Source of the DNA: Kipferlia bialata
Taxonomy: Eukaryota
Length of the DNA: 52,861 nucleotides
Assembly: GCA_003568945.1 (NCBI GenBank)
Contig: BDIP01000005.1
Span: 1 to 52,861, forward strand
Direction: 5' to 3'
Made by a program: the position numbers and the translations under genes. Under the pieces are notes generated by a model. The model saw only the letters and a program-made list of their open reading frames with translations. It did no database searches and was not told where the DNA came from. Below, piece after piece: positions 52,401-52,861 of the stretch (position 1 is its first letter; each line of letters starts with the position of its first letter).

Positions 52401-52861
52401 GCCAGCCATGGATATGAAAGGCAAACACACAGTGACAGCTGGAGAGATTAAGCCTTCTATAGTCACCATAGGTAGGCCAATCTCACAAGTAGAACACCTA
52501 CTTTCCCGCTATGTTCTTATTGGTTGTATAAAGGACACATCTATGAGTTATCATACCCTGTGCAGTCTGTGTTAGCAATGTGATATGTATGGTACTGGTA
52601 TCGGTACCAGTACCGATTCCCTTAATATGCAATGTAGGTGCTATACAGTGGGCATTGCATTCTCATATGTCGTCTATGTATATACATGTCCCCCCCTAAC
52701 TATTCACCTATCCCTCCATGTCTCGTACCCTGTACCTATACTTCTCCACTCTCTTACCGTATGTACCAGACGCATCCCTTACAACATGATATTTAGTGTT
52801 CAAGTGTATGTATGCATGTCTCATTCTCCCCCCCCCCCCCCCCCCCCCCTCCTGCTCCCCC

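Noticed and set aside
52591..52614. 10-bp hairpin GGTACTGGTA-TCGG-TACCAGTACC
   Set aside because: Isolated, with no Helitron-type CTRR end at the expected distance or other supporting context.

Overview
Intron-rich eukaryotic genomic DNA with GT-AG introns, a CTAAC/CTGAC/CTCAC branch motif close to the 3' AG, (TA)n and (GA)n microsatellites, ERERE-rich coding tracts and one N gap. The style suggests a fornicate protist such as Kipferlia; this is inference only. The ORF track is mostly uninformative, so genes were reconstructed by manual splicing and most start positions are approximate. Left to right: (1) 5'-truncated Myb-domain gene (+, 305-6868); (2) three multi-TM proteins ending in PDE-like domains that lack the catalytic motifs: A (+) and B (-), a convergent paralog pair, and C (+); (3) unknown gene Y1 (-); (4) broken copy X' (-); (5) class III transmembrane nucleotidyl cyclase (-) with two catalytic domains whose C1/C2 roles look swapped and whose specificity residues are adenylyl-type; (6) gene X (+); (7) catalytically intact class I phosphodiesterase (-); (8) Y2 (+), an inverted paralog of Y1; (9) a large unknown gene (-); (10) a palindrome-dense CpG-rich element beginning TAGGGATG, possibly a hAT-type transposon end. 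The main candidate system is a ~38 kb cyclic-nucleotide signalling cluster (cyclase, active PDE and three membrane pseudo-PDEs). A second striking pattern is introns filled with serial, progressively decaying copies of their own flanking splice junctions.
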